A stretch of 62,997 nucleotides of DNA, filler included, from Octopus bimaculoides (lineage: Eukaryota), in assembly GCF_001194135.2 (NCBI RefSeq). It is 4 parts of 4 records of this genome, joined end to end, with 100 filler letters (N's around TTAATTAATTAA, not from the genome) between each part and the next. Parts side by side here need not be neighbours in the genome. Positions count along the whole stretch, not along the records: positions 37,047 to 55,249 come from NC_068984.1; positions 55,350 to 62,997 come from NC_068995.1; 2 more parts are not named here. The stretch is one strand, 5' to 3'. Both the position numbers and the translations under genes were made by a program. Shown piece after piece: positions 51,835 through 62,997 of the stretch; within the stretch, counting starts at the first letter, position 1, and every line of letters starts with the position of its first letter. The notes beneath the pieces are model-generated. The model searched no databases and was not told where the DNA came from. It saw only the letters and a program-made list of their open reading frames with translations.

Positions 51835-51940
51835 AAATACTTTATTGATGTCGTTGAAATTCCAGTGAAAAAGCCTTGGATCTAGGTTAGAAACCGGCTC
51901 TTTCTCTATTGACAAGAAATCTTGAAATAAAACTGAATAA
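51835..51940 (+). repeat. Dispersed repeat, second copy inverted at about 62775-62890
   Basis: CTTGGATCTAGGTTAGAAACCGGCTCTTTCTCT versus AGAGAAAGAGCCGGTTTCTAACCCAGATCCAAG. Confidence 0.8.
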
Positions 51941-52210
51941 TGAGAGAGAGAGAGAGGAAATGAGCTAAGAGAAATACAGGCATTTCCACATTACAGAAGC
52001 GTTGCCTTCATGAAAATCTTGACGTAAAGTAGAAACCTGTGACGTGAAATCTACTTCTGCTTATGTTTTACGTTATAGGTTTCCACAACGTAGTAGATTC
52101 TTGCAACTCATAGTGGCTAGTACCATAAATTAGGACTACAAAAAAGAAGAAAAATGTACTAAATATCATACGAGATAAATTCTTGACGTAAGGGAATTAT
52201 CTTCTTTTAG

Positions 52211-52278
52211 AGAGAAGGCAAACAAACACCTGCGACCCATTCAGAATGAGAAAAGCATATAATCTCAATGAATCACAT
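52211..52278 (+). CDS. Candidate isolated exon (-RRQTNTCDPFRMRKAYNLNESH)
   Basis: Acceptor TTATCTTCTTTTAG, donor CAT|GTAAGT, only one of three frames open (phase 1 to 0); no partner exon found. Confidence 0.3.
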
Positions 52279-52703
52279 GTAAGTTAACATGACATTAAAG
52301 AAGAAACGGTTTGATAATCTTTGTTGTGGCAAGATGACAGCAGTGAGCACATGTTTCTATCTCAGTAGGCGTCATCAGCACAGTGTTGTCTTATTTTAAT
52401 TTCAATCAGATATAAACTCACTCATTCAATCGAAAAGAGTAGCAAACATTTATGGCTTAGGTTAATTTATATAACTGGAAAGAACATGAGCAAAGAAAAA
52501 GAGTAAAAAAAACTCTGGGTGATCAGTAGCATGAATTTAGTTTACAAAGATAAATAAAAATATATTAAATATTCTACTAGAGAAATTCTTGACATGCAGA
52601 AAGAGAGAGAAAAGGGAGGTAAGGAAGAAGAGTATTGAGGAGAGATAAACTCCCTCAAATCACACGCATACAATCATAAAATAGGAATAACGCACATAAT
52701 AAT

Positions 52704-53085
52704 GTGTGTGTGTTGGCACTCCGTCGGTTACGACGTCGAGGGTTCCAGTTGATCCGATCAACGGAACAGCCTGCTCGTGAAATTAACGTGCAAGTGGCTG
52801 AGCACTCCACAGACACGTGTACCCTTAACGTAGTTCTCGGGGGATATTCAGCGTGACACAGTGTGACAAGGCTGGCCCTTTGAATTACAGACACAACAGA
52901 AACAGGAAGTAAGAGTGAGAGAAAGTTGTGGTGAAAGAGTACAGCAGGGTTCACCACCATCCCCTGCCTCGTGGAGCTTTAGGTGTTTTTGCTCAATAAA
53001 CACTCACAACGCCCGGTCTGGGAATCGAAACCGCGATCCTATGACCGCGAGTCCGCTGCCCTAACCACTGGGCCATTGCGCCTCC
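52704..53085 (-). mobile_element. Full-length SINE family C with 14-bp TSD
   Basis: TSD ACGCACATAATAAT at 52690-52703 and 53086-53099; (CA)n tail instead of (CAA)n. Confidence 0.95.
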
Positions 53086-53440
53086 ACGCACATAATAATA
53101 TATTTGAAGAAAAACTAAATGAAGAATAGAGTGATAATGACTGAAATGTAGTAGGATCGAACCCGGGAACTCGTGAATGCAGAGCGAGCCACTTAACTAT
53201 TCGGATTTGTTGCGCCCAGGATGTTTTACAACACCGACATTCCAGACTCTGGTGACTCTGAGTCTCTTATAATCCGCACTAATTTACGAGCAGGAACTTC
53301 AATTTGCTGTAGCCACCAGTTTAGTTTACTAGTACCTTGCATTGTACAGTATTAATGAACTAGTATCGTTTATACTAATGTACAGATACCTGTATTTCAT
53401 TTAATTATGTAAGTAAATTTAATGTTTGCATTATTTAGAG

Positions 53441-53770
53441 CAGGGGTTCTCAATCATTTTTTATCAATGGACCTCTTCGATTACTATCTTATTCTGATGG
53501 ACTCCCATAACCATTCGATGTTTAAAAACTAGTTTTATAGAAACTTTCTCGAAATTCCTGTTTTGTTTTTCACACATTTGTGTCGGCTGAACTACGCAAA
53601 ACGTTAGAGAAAGAAACCTAGCCGTTTCTTGCAATACAAACTAATACATACATCTAAAGCGAAATTTTTCGAATATTGTTATGAATCCCTTATTTACTAT
53701 TTTGTTGCGTGGATCCCTAAAAATTTTATATGGACACTCGGGCCATATAGACCTTGGTTGAGAACCACTG
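53441..53770. mobile_element. hAT (Charlie-like) MITE
   Basis: TIRs CAGGGGTTCTCAA / TTGAGAACCACTG and 8-bp TSD ATTTAGAG at 53433-53440 and 53771-53778. Confidence 0.92.
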
Positions 53771-53890
53771 ATTTAGAGTGTGTTGACCAAGGCGGCCATC
53801 CCTGTTTTGAAAAAAAACACAAAAAAAAAACAGTAATCTGGGAAGGCTTTGGATTTCAAGGCTTTGGAAAATCGATGTCATAACTCTATA

Positions 53891-54216
53891 CTGGCATCCC
53901 GTCGGTTACGACAGCGAGGGTTCCAATTGATCCGATCAAAGGAACAGCCTGCTCGTGAAATTAACGTGCATGTGGCTGAGCACTCCACAGACACGTGTAC
54001 CCTTAACGTAGTTCTCAGGGAGATTCAGTGTGACACAGCGTGTGACAAGGTTGGCCTTTGAAATACAGGTACTACTCATTTCTTGCCAGCTAAGTGTACA
54101 GGAGCAACGTGAAATAAAGTGTCTTGCTCTAGATCACAACGCGTCGTCGGGAATTGAACTCACAACCTTGCGATCGTGAGCCGAATACTCCGATGCACTA
54201 AGCCACGCGCCTTCAC
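53891..54216 (-). mobile_element. Full-length SINE family D with 12-bp TSD
   Basis: Head GTGAAGGCGCGTGGCTTAGTG...GAGTTCAATTCC; 3' about 170 nt shared with family C; TSD CATAACTCTATA at 53879-53890 and 54217-54228. Confidence 0.92.
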
Positions 54217-55383
54217 CATAACTCTATAATAAAACTACACTAGCACTTTATTTTATCGATCCCGATGGATGAATGGCAAAGTTCACCTGAGCACGATTTA
54301 AACACAAAATTATAAAATGGCCGTAACTGTATTCCCACAGCCATCTCGTCTGATGTTCTGTAGATTCTGCCAATTCACCAGGATACCATTCCACCGATTG
54401 GCAAAAGTTCAATCGCCATAACGCTTCAACTACTATCAAACTCGCAAATATAATGTTTTCTCTCGGCATCTTTTATCGCAGCTACAATAACCACTGTTTT
54501 TCTGAAAATATGTTGTTGCATACCCTCAATTCGCGAAGCCAAATGTTCCTGCAGGCCGCACATTATTGTAGCGACCGCGTGCGTGCGTGTGTGGTTCTTG
54601 ACTATGAACCTTGTATTTCATTATTTCTCGTGGTTTTAAGTTGTCCTTCATTGAAATTTTAGTTCTCTCAGGGGTAAACGTGTTTATGGAGTTCTTGATT
54701 TCTTTTGTTTATGGTAGTTTTGTTGTTTATATTACACCAGACATAGATATTGTGTGATTGACCTTCATAGGGATTCTAGATTCTAATATTGCTAAGGGTA
54801 GTATTTTTTTAAGGGTTTTTAGTTCTAGGAGGTTTTTGTATATATATATATATATCACCCTCCGCAAAAAATTCCAAATTTTATTTAATTTGCTTTGCGG
54901 GAAGGACTGTTCCAACGAAGTCGCGTATTGTCCTTCCCTTCCAAACGCGGAGTAAATGGACAGGGACAACTGATGAAGGGAAATATTCTTTATGTTGCAT
55001 GTCTCGTTTCTGTTTGTTTTTTTTTTTTTTCGTTGTTCAAAAAAAGTTCGTTTTATGTTTTCGGGATCTATTTTAAAACGGGGGCCACATTTTTCATTAA
55101 TGTTTTACGTAGTGTTTTTGGTACGGAAAGACTTTCAAACTTCGTATACTTATCTATTTTGTGTTATAGAACAGAAAAATATTTTTGTATTCGAATTTAT
55201 TTCATGTAAAAAATTGTCTTATTTCGATAATTTCAACCAATCACTGACANNNNNNNNNNNNNNNNNNNNNNNNNNNNNNNNNNNNNNNNNNNNTTAATTA
55301 ATTAANNNNNNNNNNNNNNNNNNNNNNNNNNNNNNNNNNNNNNNNNNNNGCATGCCTTACTGTCTGTCTGTCGGTTTGTCAGA

Positions 55384-55425
<42 letters not shown>

Positions 55426-55931
55426 CACACACACACATACAGGGAAACTACATAAGTGACTTAAGGACATAGTTTCGTGCAAAAGCAATTATCAAATTCG
55501 TTTTACATTCATTTTTTGACCTACGGACACACATACACACACTCACACACACACACACATGCACTTACACATACACTCACACGTACACTCACACATGCAC
55601 ACAATACTCTACTTACGTATTAAATTCCATTCTTCTTGTTTGTACCACACGACGTGTAGATATGTGTGTGTGTGTGTGTACGAGTGAGAGAGAGAGAGAG
55701 AGGAAAGGGTGTGTAGATGGTAGCAGAAATACGTAATGTTACGCAATGTGTTACGTAATGTATTTCGTATTGGTAATAGTCCACAATACTGAAACGCGTG
55801 TGATGACGTTTTGAGCTCTCCATTCGTATATTTATTATACTTTTGATACACGCAAGGGTTAGCAAGATAGCCGGGATCAGGAAACGACTGCTCAGCCCCA
55901 CATAAACCGCAATACAGAGCAGCTGAATCAC

Positions 55932-56016
55932 CTGGAGGGGACATCAGCCGAAACGTTGTGTTAACAACAAACAAGATGAGGACAAATATCCGTCAAATGT
56001 AAACAATGTAAATAAT
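55932..56016 (+). mobile_element. 5'-truncated copy of the 19634-19825 element
   Basis: CTGGAGGG..ATCAGCCGAAACGTTGTGTTAACAACAAACAAGATGAGGACAAATATCCGTCAAATGTAAA matches 19705-19790; lacks CTGATGA. Confidence 0.85.
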
Positions 56017-56253
56017 GTATTACATTTTATGTTTCTAAGTGTTTGTGCAAGTCTATACAAGTATGCACGATTGCGCATTGTACCGCCATGTGCCGGTGTG
56101 TACGTTTCTCTAAGCAACATTACTATATGCATTCGTATATATATATATATATAACGTATGTATGCACGTAAATATACGTATATACATACGTGTGCGTACA
56201 TCTCTGTCTGTCTGTCTGTCACCCTGTCTCCCCCGTCTCTCTCCCTCTCTCCA

Positions 56254-56344
<91 letters not shown>

Positions 56345-58086
56345 TGTGTGTGTGTGTGTATGTATGTACATATATAAAAATCTTTGTGTGTTCATGCGTG
56401 TGCATGTCTATTTGTAAAGCGAGAGATGTTCTGGGCCGATTACATTTAAGGCACGACGGTGGTGTTGGAGCTGGGTGGGGGGCAATTGATGAAGGAGTTA
56501 AGGAAAATAAGTGAGGGGATAAGGAGGAGTTGTGAATTGAATCGAAGGAGGAGAAGGGGGACAAGGAGAAGTTGTGGAATGAACGGAAGGAGGAGGTGAA
56601 GAAGAGAAACCCGGAGTCTAATGATTTTAGTTTTTAAATATAGACATCGGTTGTAAGTTTGTTTTNNNNNNNNNNNNNNNNNNNNNNNNNNNNNNNNNNN
56701 NNNNNNNNNNNNNNNNNNNNNNNNNNNNNNNNNNNNNNNNNNNNNNNNNNNNNNNNNNNNNNNNNNNNNNNNNNNNNNNNNNNNNNNNNNNNNNNNNNNN
56801 NNNNNNNNNNNNNNNNNNNNNNNNNNNNNNNNNNNNNNNNATCGATTTAAGCAACGCTTAGCTTCGGTGATGGTGTTGGTGGTGAAGGTGGGGAACGGTG
56901 CTGGTGGCGATGCTGGAGACGGCGGCGGCGCGAGGTGGTGGCATGTGGTGATGGTGGTGGTGGTGGTGGTGGCGGTAGTGGAGGTGACAGTAGTAGTCGT
57001 GACAGTAATGGGCGGGATGGACCTTAGTGACAGTGTTAGTGGTATTGGCGGTAGTTATAGAGTGGTTATGCAATGGCGGTGGTGGAAGATAAAGTATAGA
57101 AGCATCGCTTGATTGCTCATACGCTGGTGAAAGGAAGAGAGAGAAATAGATCGATCGCTAGAATATTTATCAGCCTCTTGCCAACAGGAAGTCGAGCACA
57201 AAAGATGTTAATCAGCCACACATATATATAAGAGACAATTTGTTAAATAAATTTTCCCTTTGCGTATTTATTAGATTACACCTCGGAGTTTTCGCCTCCT
57301 CGGTTTGTGATAGAACAACGTTCGGTTTGTATCCTACAGCCAGACTTGTCCTGACCCGACTGTTATCTGTCTACTATTGAGGCACCGTGTTTAAACAGTC
57401 TTTTTGGCCGACTCTGATAAGTACGGTACTAAATGGAACATTGGGCCTATTGTCGGGAGACATTTTATGAAATCTTTTCTACGTGTTTAATATTATACAT
57501 TATGCTCTTCTCCTGTATATTTGCATGTAAAACCACATGCACGCATATGTATATGTGTATATGTATGTATACATACGTATATACATACACACGTATATAT
57601 ATGTACATATATATACGAAAATTATGTCAGTATACAATTATGTGCATTGACTGATTCATCAGAGCTCTGTAGCTCTGATTTCTAGCACTGGTGGTGTTTC
57701 TAACACATTCTGTCATTTTTAATGACTATTATATTATTCCTTTCTGGTGTTACATTGTTAAACTGCTACGTAATTTAATCATTAGTATACACATTAACGA
57801 TTCGCTAAATCATCTGCACATTTCTATGGAGTAGACATATATTACTGGTGGCGACCTTATCTGGAATCTGATGAGTGGTGCCGAACCTACTGAAGCGGCT
57901 TCAGTCTTAAATCTGAAACCGTCGACGGTACAGGAATACCACGACTGCCGATTTCGGCCGTTTACGGTCGCTGTCACTATGCATGAATACAACTATGTGC
58001 GTTGACTGCAGCAGCAGAACACTTTAGCTCTTATTTCTAGCATTGTACATGTTTCTAATACCTCTGTTATTCTTAATATATGTATA

Positions 58087-58129
<43 letters not shown>

Positions 58130-59559
58130 NNNNNNNNNNNNNNNNNNNNNNNNNNNNNNNNNNNNNNNNNNNNNNNNNNNNNNNNNNNNNNNNNNNNNNN
58201 NNNNNNNNNNNNNNNNNNNNNNNNNNNNNNNNNNNNNNNNNNNNNNNNNNNNNNNNNNNNNNNNNNNNNNNNNNNNNNNNNNNNNNNNNNNNNNNNNNNN
58301 NNNNNNNNNNNNNNNNNNNNNNNNNNNNNNNNNNNNNNNNNNNNNNNNNNNNNNNNNNNNNNNNNNNNNNNNNNNNNNNNNNNNNNNNNNNNNNNNNNNN
58401 NNNNNNNNNNNNNNNNNNNNNNNNNNNNNNNNNNNNNNNNNNNNNNNNNNNNNNNNNNNNNNNNNNNNNNNNNNNNNNNNNNNNNNNNNNNNNNNNNNNN
58501 NNNNNNNNNNNNNNNNNNNNNNNNNNNNNNNNNNNNNNNNNNNNNNNNNNNNNNNNNNNNNNNNNNNNNNNNNNNNNNNNNNNNNNNNNNNNNNNNNNNN
58601 NNNNNNNNNNNNNNNNNNNNNNNNNNNNNNNNNNNNNNNNNNNNNNNNNNNNNNNNNNNNNNNNNNNNCAAAATCGCTCTTTCATGTTTCTCATTAAAAA
58701 GCAACTCAAACCAAAAATCGTCAATGGCGTTTGGCAGTTTTAAAAGACGATAGAAAATTGTTTAGCGGAATTCAGCGAATGTAGAACAACACAGAAAACC
58801 AGCGAAGTGAATTTGGTGGTTAAAAACGAATAGAATAAAGAAAACACATTTAGAACTGAATAAAATAGCAAATAACAAATCTATTTTGAAGGTGAATAGC
58901 TTGAAAGTAAGATATAGTGGAAGTGAAAAATGTTAATAAGGACGTCTGAATGACACAAATAGCATCTGTGCAAATTTCTGTGAAGTCTCTCAACAAACAT
59001 GGCCGCCATGTTAATTCCCTGTTGATCTTATGAGAAGTTAGAAGCTGTGGGATGAACAGGGTCAGGGGAAAGTGCTGTCAACAGTGAGATAATGTCTTGA
59101 AAAGCCACTTGAGATTAAGAAAGCGAGAGATTTAATAAGAGAAAGCTGATGAACGATAAATGATGAATGATGGCAAATACAACGTGACTTAATCTTGTCT
59201 GAGAAGAAGTTGGATTAGAAAGTTGTAGAAGAGTGTTGGAATGTGAGATGAATGGAATGAATAAACGAAGAGAATGACGGAATGGAAGTAATTAGCAGAA
59301 GTGGAATATTCAGTGAGTGTCATGGCTGGAATAAAAGTACGGTAGATTAAGGAGAATATATAGTGAAGAACTCTATAGGGACAAAGGCATAGAAAGGGAA
59401 CGACTAAAATAATTTAGATAAGGGAATAAATGAATATCAGAATGGATGGAATAAACAGGAAAAATGCATACAGAATATGAGAATAAGAAGGTAGGAAGTG
59501 GACGGAATATAAGAATGGATAGAATAGGAAGGTAGGAAGTGGAAGGAACTATCTTTATG

Positions 59560-59699
59560 TTCTGAGTTCAATTTCCACCGAGGTCGACTTTGCCTTTCAT
59601 CTTATAGGGGCCGATGAAATGGATACCAGTTGAAGAGTGGGGTCGATGTAACCGACTAACCCTTCCCCCAAAATTCCAACCCTTGTGTCTTCTAGAAAG

Positions 59700-59700
<1 letters not shown>
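59560..59700 (+). mobile_element. SINE family A fragment followed by (ATT)n
   Basis: TTCTGAGTTCAATTTCCACCGAGGTCGACTTTGCCTTTCATC...GGGGTCGATGTAACCGACT. Confidence 0.85.
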
Positions 59701-59762
<62 letters not shown>

Positions 59763-60767
59763 CATTATTATTATTATTATCATTATTATTATTATTATTA
59801 TTATTTTGCTAAAATAGAAAACTCTGTGTTAAGTAATTGTGGTGGATGTCTTTGAATACGGATGTGTGTGCTTATATAGATGTATATATACGCGCGTGCA
59901 CACACACGCACGCACATGCACANNNNNNNNNNNNNNNNNNNNNNNNNNNNNNNNNNNNNNNNNNNNNNNNNNNNNNNNNNNNNNNNNNNNNNNNNNNNNN
60001 NNNNNNNNNNNNNNNNNNNNNNNNNNNNNNNNNNNNNNNNNNNNNNNNNNNNNNNNNNNNNNNNNNNNNNNNNNNNNNNNNNNNNNNNNNNNNNNNNNNN
60101 NNNNNNNNNNNNNNNNNNNNNNNNNNNNNNNNNNNNNNNNNNNNNNNNNNNNNNNNNNNNNNNNNNNNNNNNNNNNNNNNNNNNNNNNNNNNNNNNNNNN
60201 NNNNNNNNNNNNNNNNNNNNNNNNNNNNNNNNNNNNNNNNNNNNNNNNNNNNNNNNNNNNNNNNNNNNNNNNNNNNNNNNNNNNNNNNNNNNNNNNNNNN
60301 NNNNNNNNNNNNNNNNNNNNNNNNNNNNNNNNNNNNNNNNNNNNNNNNNNNNNNNNNNNNNNNNNNNNNNNNNNNNNNNNNNNNNNNNNNNNNNNNNNNN
60401 NNNNNNNNNNNNNNNNNNNNNNNNNNNNNNNNNNNNNNNNNNNNNNNNNNNNNNNNNNNNNNNNNNNNNNNNNNNNNNNNNNNNNNNNNNNNNNNNNNNN
60501 NNNNNNNNNNNNNNNNNNNNNNNNNNNNNNNNNNNNNNNNNNNNNNNNNNNNNNNNNNNNNNNNNNNNNNNNNNNNNNNNNNNNNNNNNNNNNNNNNNNN
60601 NNNNNNNNNNNNNNNNNNNNNNNNNNNNNNNNNNNNNNNNNNNNNNNNNNNNNNNNNNNNNNNNNNNNNNNNNNNNNNNNNNNNNNNNNNNNNNNNNNNN
60701 NNNNNNNNNNNNNNNNNNNNNNNNNNNNNNNNNNNNAGAGAGAGAGAGAGAGAGAGATTGATTGATT

Positions 60768-60819
<52 letters not shown>

Positions 60820-62944
60820 CATGTACACGTATAAATATATAAACGATAATATATTTTCATAAGCAGGAAACTCGATACAAATCCTACCACATAAACAGAC
60901 CCTTTTGTACACACACACCCCAAACACACACACACAAACACACATTGCCCTTCATCCCTGTTCACGCACATACTCTTTGACCTCCATCTTTACCAGTAAA
61001 TATGAGTGACAGAACTAAAAGCCTTTTGCGATTCCATTCAGATTTTATTAAACATTGATTTTTGACAATTTTTCAACGTGAACAAAATGGCGCGGATTGG
61101 CAAAATTGTTAACAGCTTCGGATAAAATGTCGTAAGCCTTTTGTTCCGGATTGATGTGCTGTGTTCAAATCTCACTTGTGGCAGTTTTTGCTTTTCATCC
61201 ATTTTTGTGTTGTTAGATCAAGTGTAAGACACAATGGTGGTGCACCACTCTCTTGGATGTTTAACTTGATCGAGGTCTCGAGGGGGTTGAGGGGGTTTCG
61301 TGGAGATTGAAACCCATCGAAGAAAACATGAAAGCAACTTACGGGCTGATATCAAGTCATTCTCATTCTCGATAGTNNNNNNNNNNNNNNNNNNNNNNNN
61401 NNNNNNNNNNNNNNNNNNNNNNNNNNNNNNNNNNNNNNNNNNNNNNNNNNNNNNNNNNNNNNNNNNNNNNNNNNNNNNNNNNNNNNNNNNNNNNNNNNNN
61501 NNNNNNNNNNNNNNNNNNNNNNNNNNNNNNNNNNNNNNNNNNNNNNNNNNNNNNNNNNNNNNNNNNNNNNNNNNNNNNNNNNNNNNNNNNNNNNNNNNNN
61601 NNNNNNNNNNNNNNNNNNNNNNNNNNNNNNNNNNNNNNNNNNNNNNNNNNNNNNNNNNNNNNNNNNNNNNNNNNNNNNNNNNNNNNNNNNNNNNNNNNNN
61701 NNNNNNNNNNNNNNNNNNNNNNNNNNNNNNNNNNNNNNNNNNNNNNNNNNNNNNNNNNNNNNNNNNNNNNNNNNNNNNNNNNNNNNNNNNNNNNNNNNNN
61801 NNNNNNNNNNNNNNNNNNNNNNNNNNNNNNNNNNNNNNNNNNNNNNNNNNNNNNNNNNNNNNNNNNNNNNNNNNNNNNNNNNNNNNNNNNNNNNNNNNNN
61901 NNNNNNNNNNNNNNNNNNNNNNNNNNNNNNNNNNNNNNNNNNNNNNNNNNNNNNNNNNNNNNNNNNNNNNNNNNNNNNNNNNNNNNNNNNNNNNNNNNNN
62001 NNNNNNNNNNNNNNNNNNNNNNNNNNNNNNNNNGAAAGAAGCCTGTCGTACACACACACACACACACACACACAGGTAAACAAATATGTAATGATACGCA
62101 TTCATGTTCGGGGTGAAAGCGATGACGATGTCGATCTTTAAAAATAGAATTCTATTTTCCAGTGTGGAAACAGGAATGTTCCCTGGAAAACGCCAATATT
62201 TAGTTTGGCAGTGGACAATGCTTGAAGCTCCCCACACCACATCATTGATGATGATGGTGATGATGACGACGATGATGATGATTGTGATGATGATGATGGT
62301 GTTGTTGTTATTGTTGGTACAATGTTCGTCAGACAAAGCTAAATATATAACTGTACCGGTCGCTGCAGTTTACTCAGCGTTCACTATTTTTGTTTTAACT
62401 GAGTTTGGCAATATATAAATAACACAGAACACGACCGCATGCTCCAATGCACACAAACACACTCACACACGTGCACACATACGCACACACGAATGCACAC
62501 ACAAACAACTTACACATACACATGCACACACGCAATCACACACGTGTTGTGGTTAAGACGATGCTGGTGTTTTCGTGTAGAAACCTAAATTCTCAGTAAC
62601 GCACTCGTAGAGAATCTCAAAGAGCGTCGCATGTGTGTATGTATGTGTGTATGTGTGTATGTGTGTATGTGTGTATGTATGCATGTATGTGGGTGTATGC
62701 AAGTGTTTATGTATGTAGGTATGCTTGTGTGCACGTGTGTGCGTATGTATGCATGTGTTTATGTATGTATGTATGTCGGTATTCAGTTTCATTTCAAGAT
62801 TTCTTGCCAACAGAGAAAGAGCCGGTTTCTAACCCAGATCCAAGAACCCTTCATTGGAATCTAGACATCAACAACAGGGTATTTTTGTATGTATGTACAT
62901 ATGTATGTAGATATATGTGTGTGTATATATATATATATATATAC

Positions 62945-62997
<53 letters not shown>

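Noticed and set aside
51860-51905. Hammerhead-like CCAGTGAAAAAGCCTTGGATCTAGGTTAGAAACCGG (second copy about 62820-62860)
   Set aside because: Has GAAAC and a possible stem but no CUGANGA box in either copy.
58950-59400. Purine-rich block possibly a decayed CR1-type LINE 3' end on the minus strand
   Set aside because: Only vague peptide resemblance; not supportable without a profile search.
1-62997. CRISPR arrays, rRNA or prokaryotic operons
   Set aside because: No repeat-spacer arrays or rRNA motifs; the sequence is eukaryotic repeat-rich DNA.

Overview
Repeat-saturated, AT-rich eukaryotic DNA from a gappy draft assembly. The microsatellite load, SINE families and TE mix point to a coleoid cephalopod, probably Octopus (inference, not database-checked). 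Most listed ORFs are artefacts of (TA)n/(CA)n/(GA)n/(CAT)n repeats or N gaps. Supported content: about five tRNA-headed SINE families (several copies with TSDs), decayed RTE and R4/NeSL-like LINEs, a decayed hAT transposase, Tc1/mariner fragments (one DD37D) and a hAT MITE. A few short candidate exons of unidentified gene(s) lie in the CpG-depleted left third, around a CpG-retaining island at about 9.3-11.7 kb. Most notable: three different hammerhead-ribozyme-like motifs (19690-19735 +, 41104-41143 -, 44559-44607 -) and three asymmetric fold-back insertions, two with 14-15 bp TSDs. Together these resemble short non-autonomous Penelope-like/retrozyme-like elements. No full-length host gene, rRNA, genuine tRNA or CRISPR array is supported.
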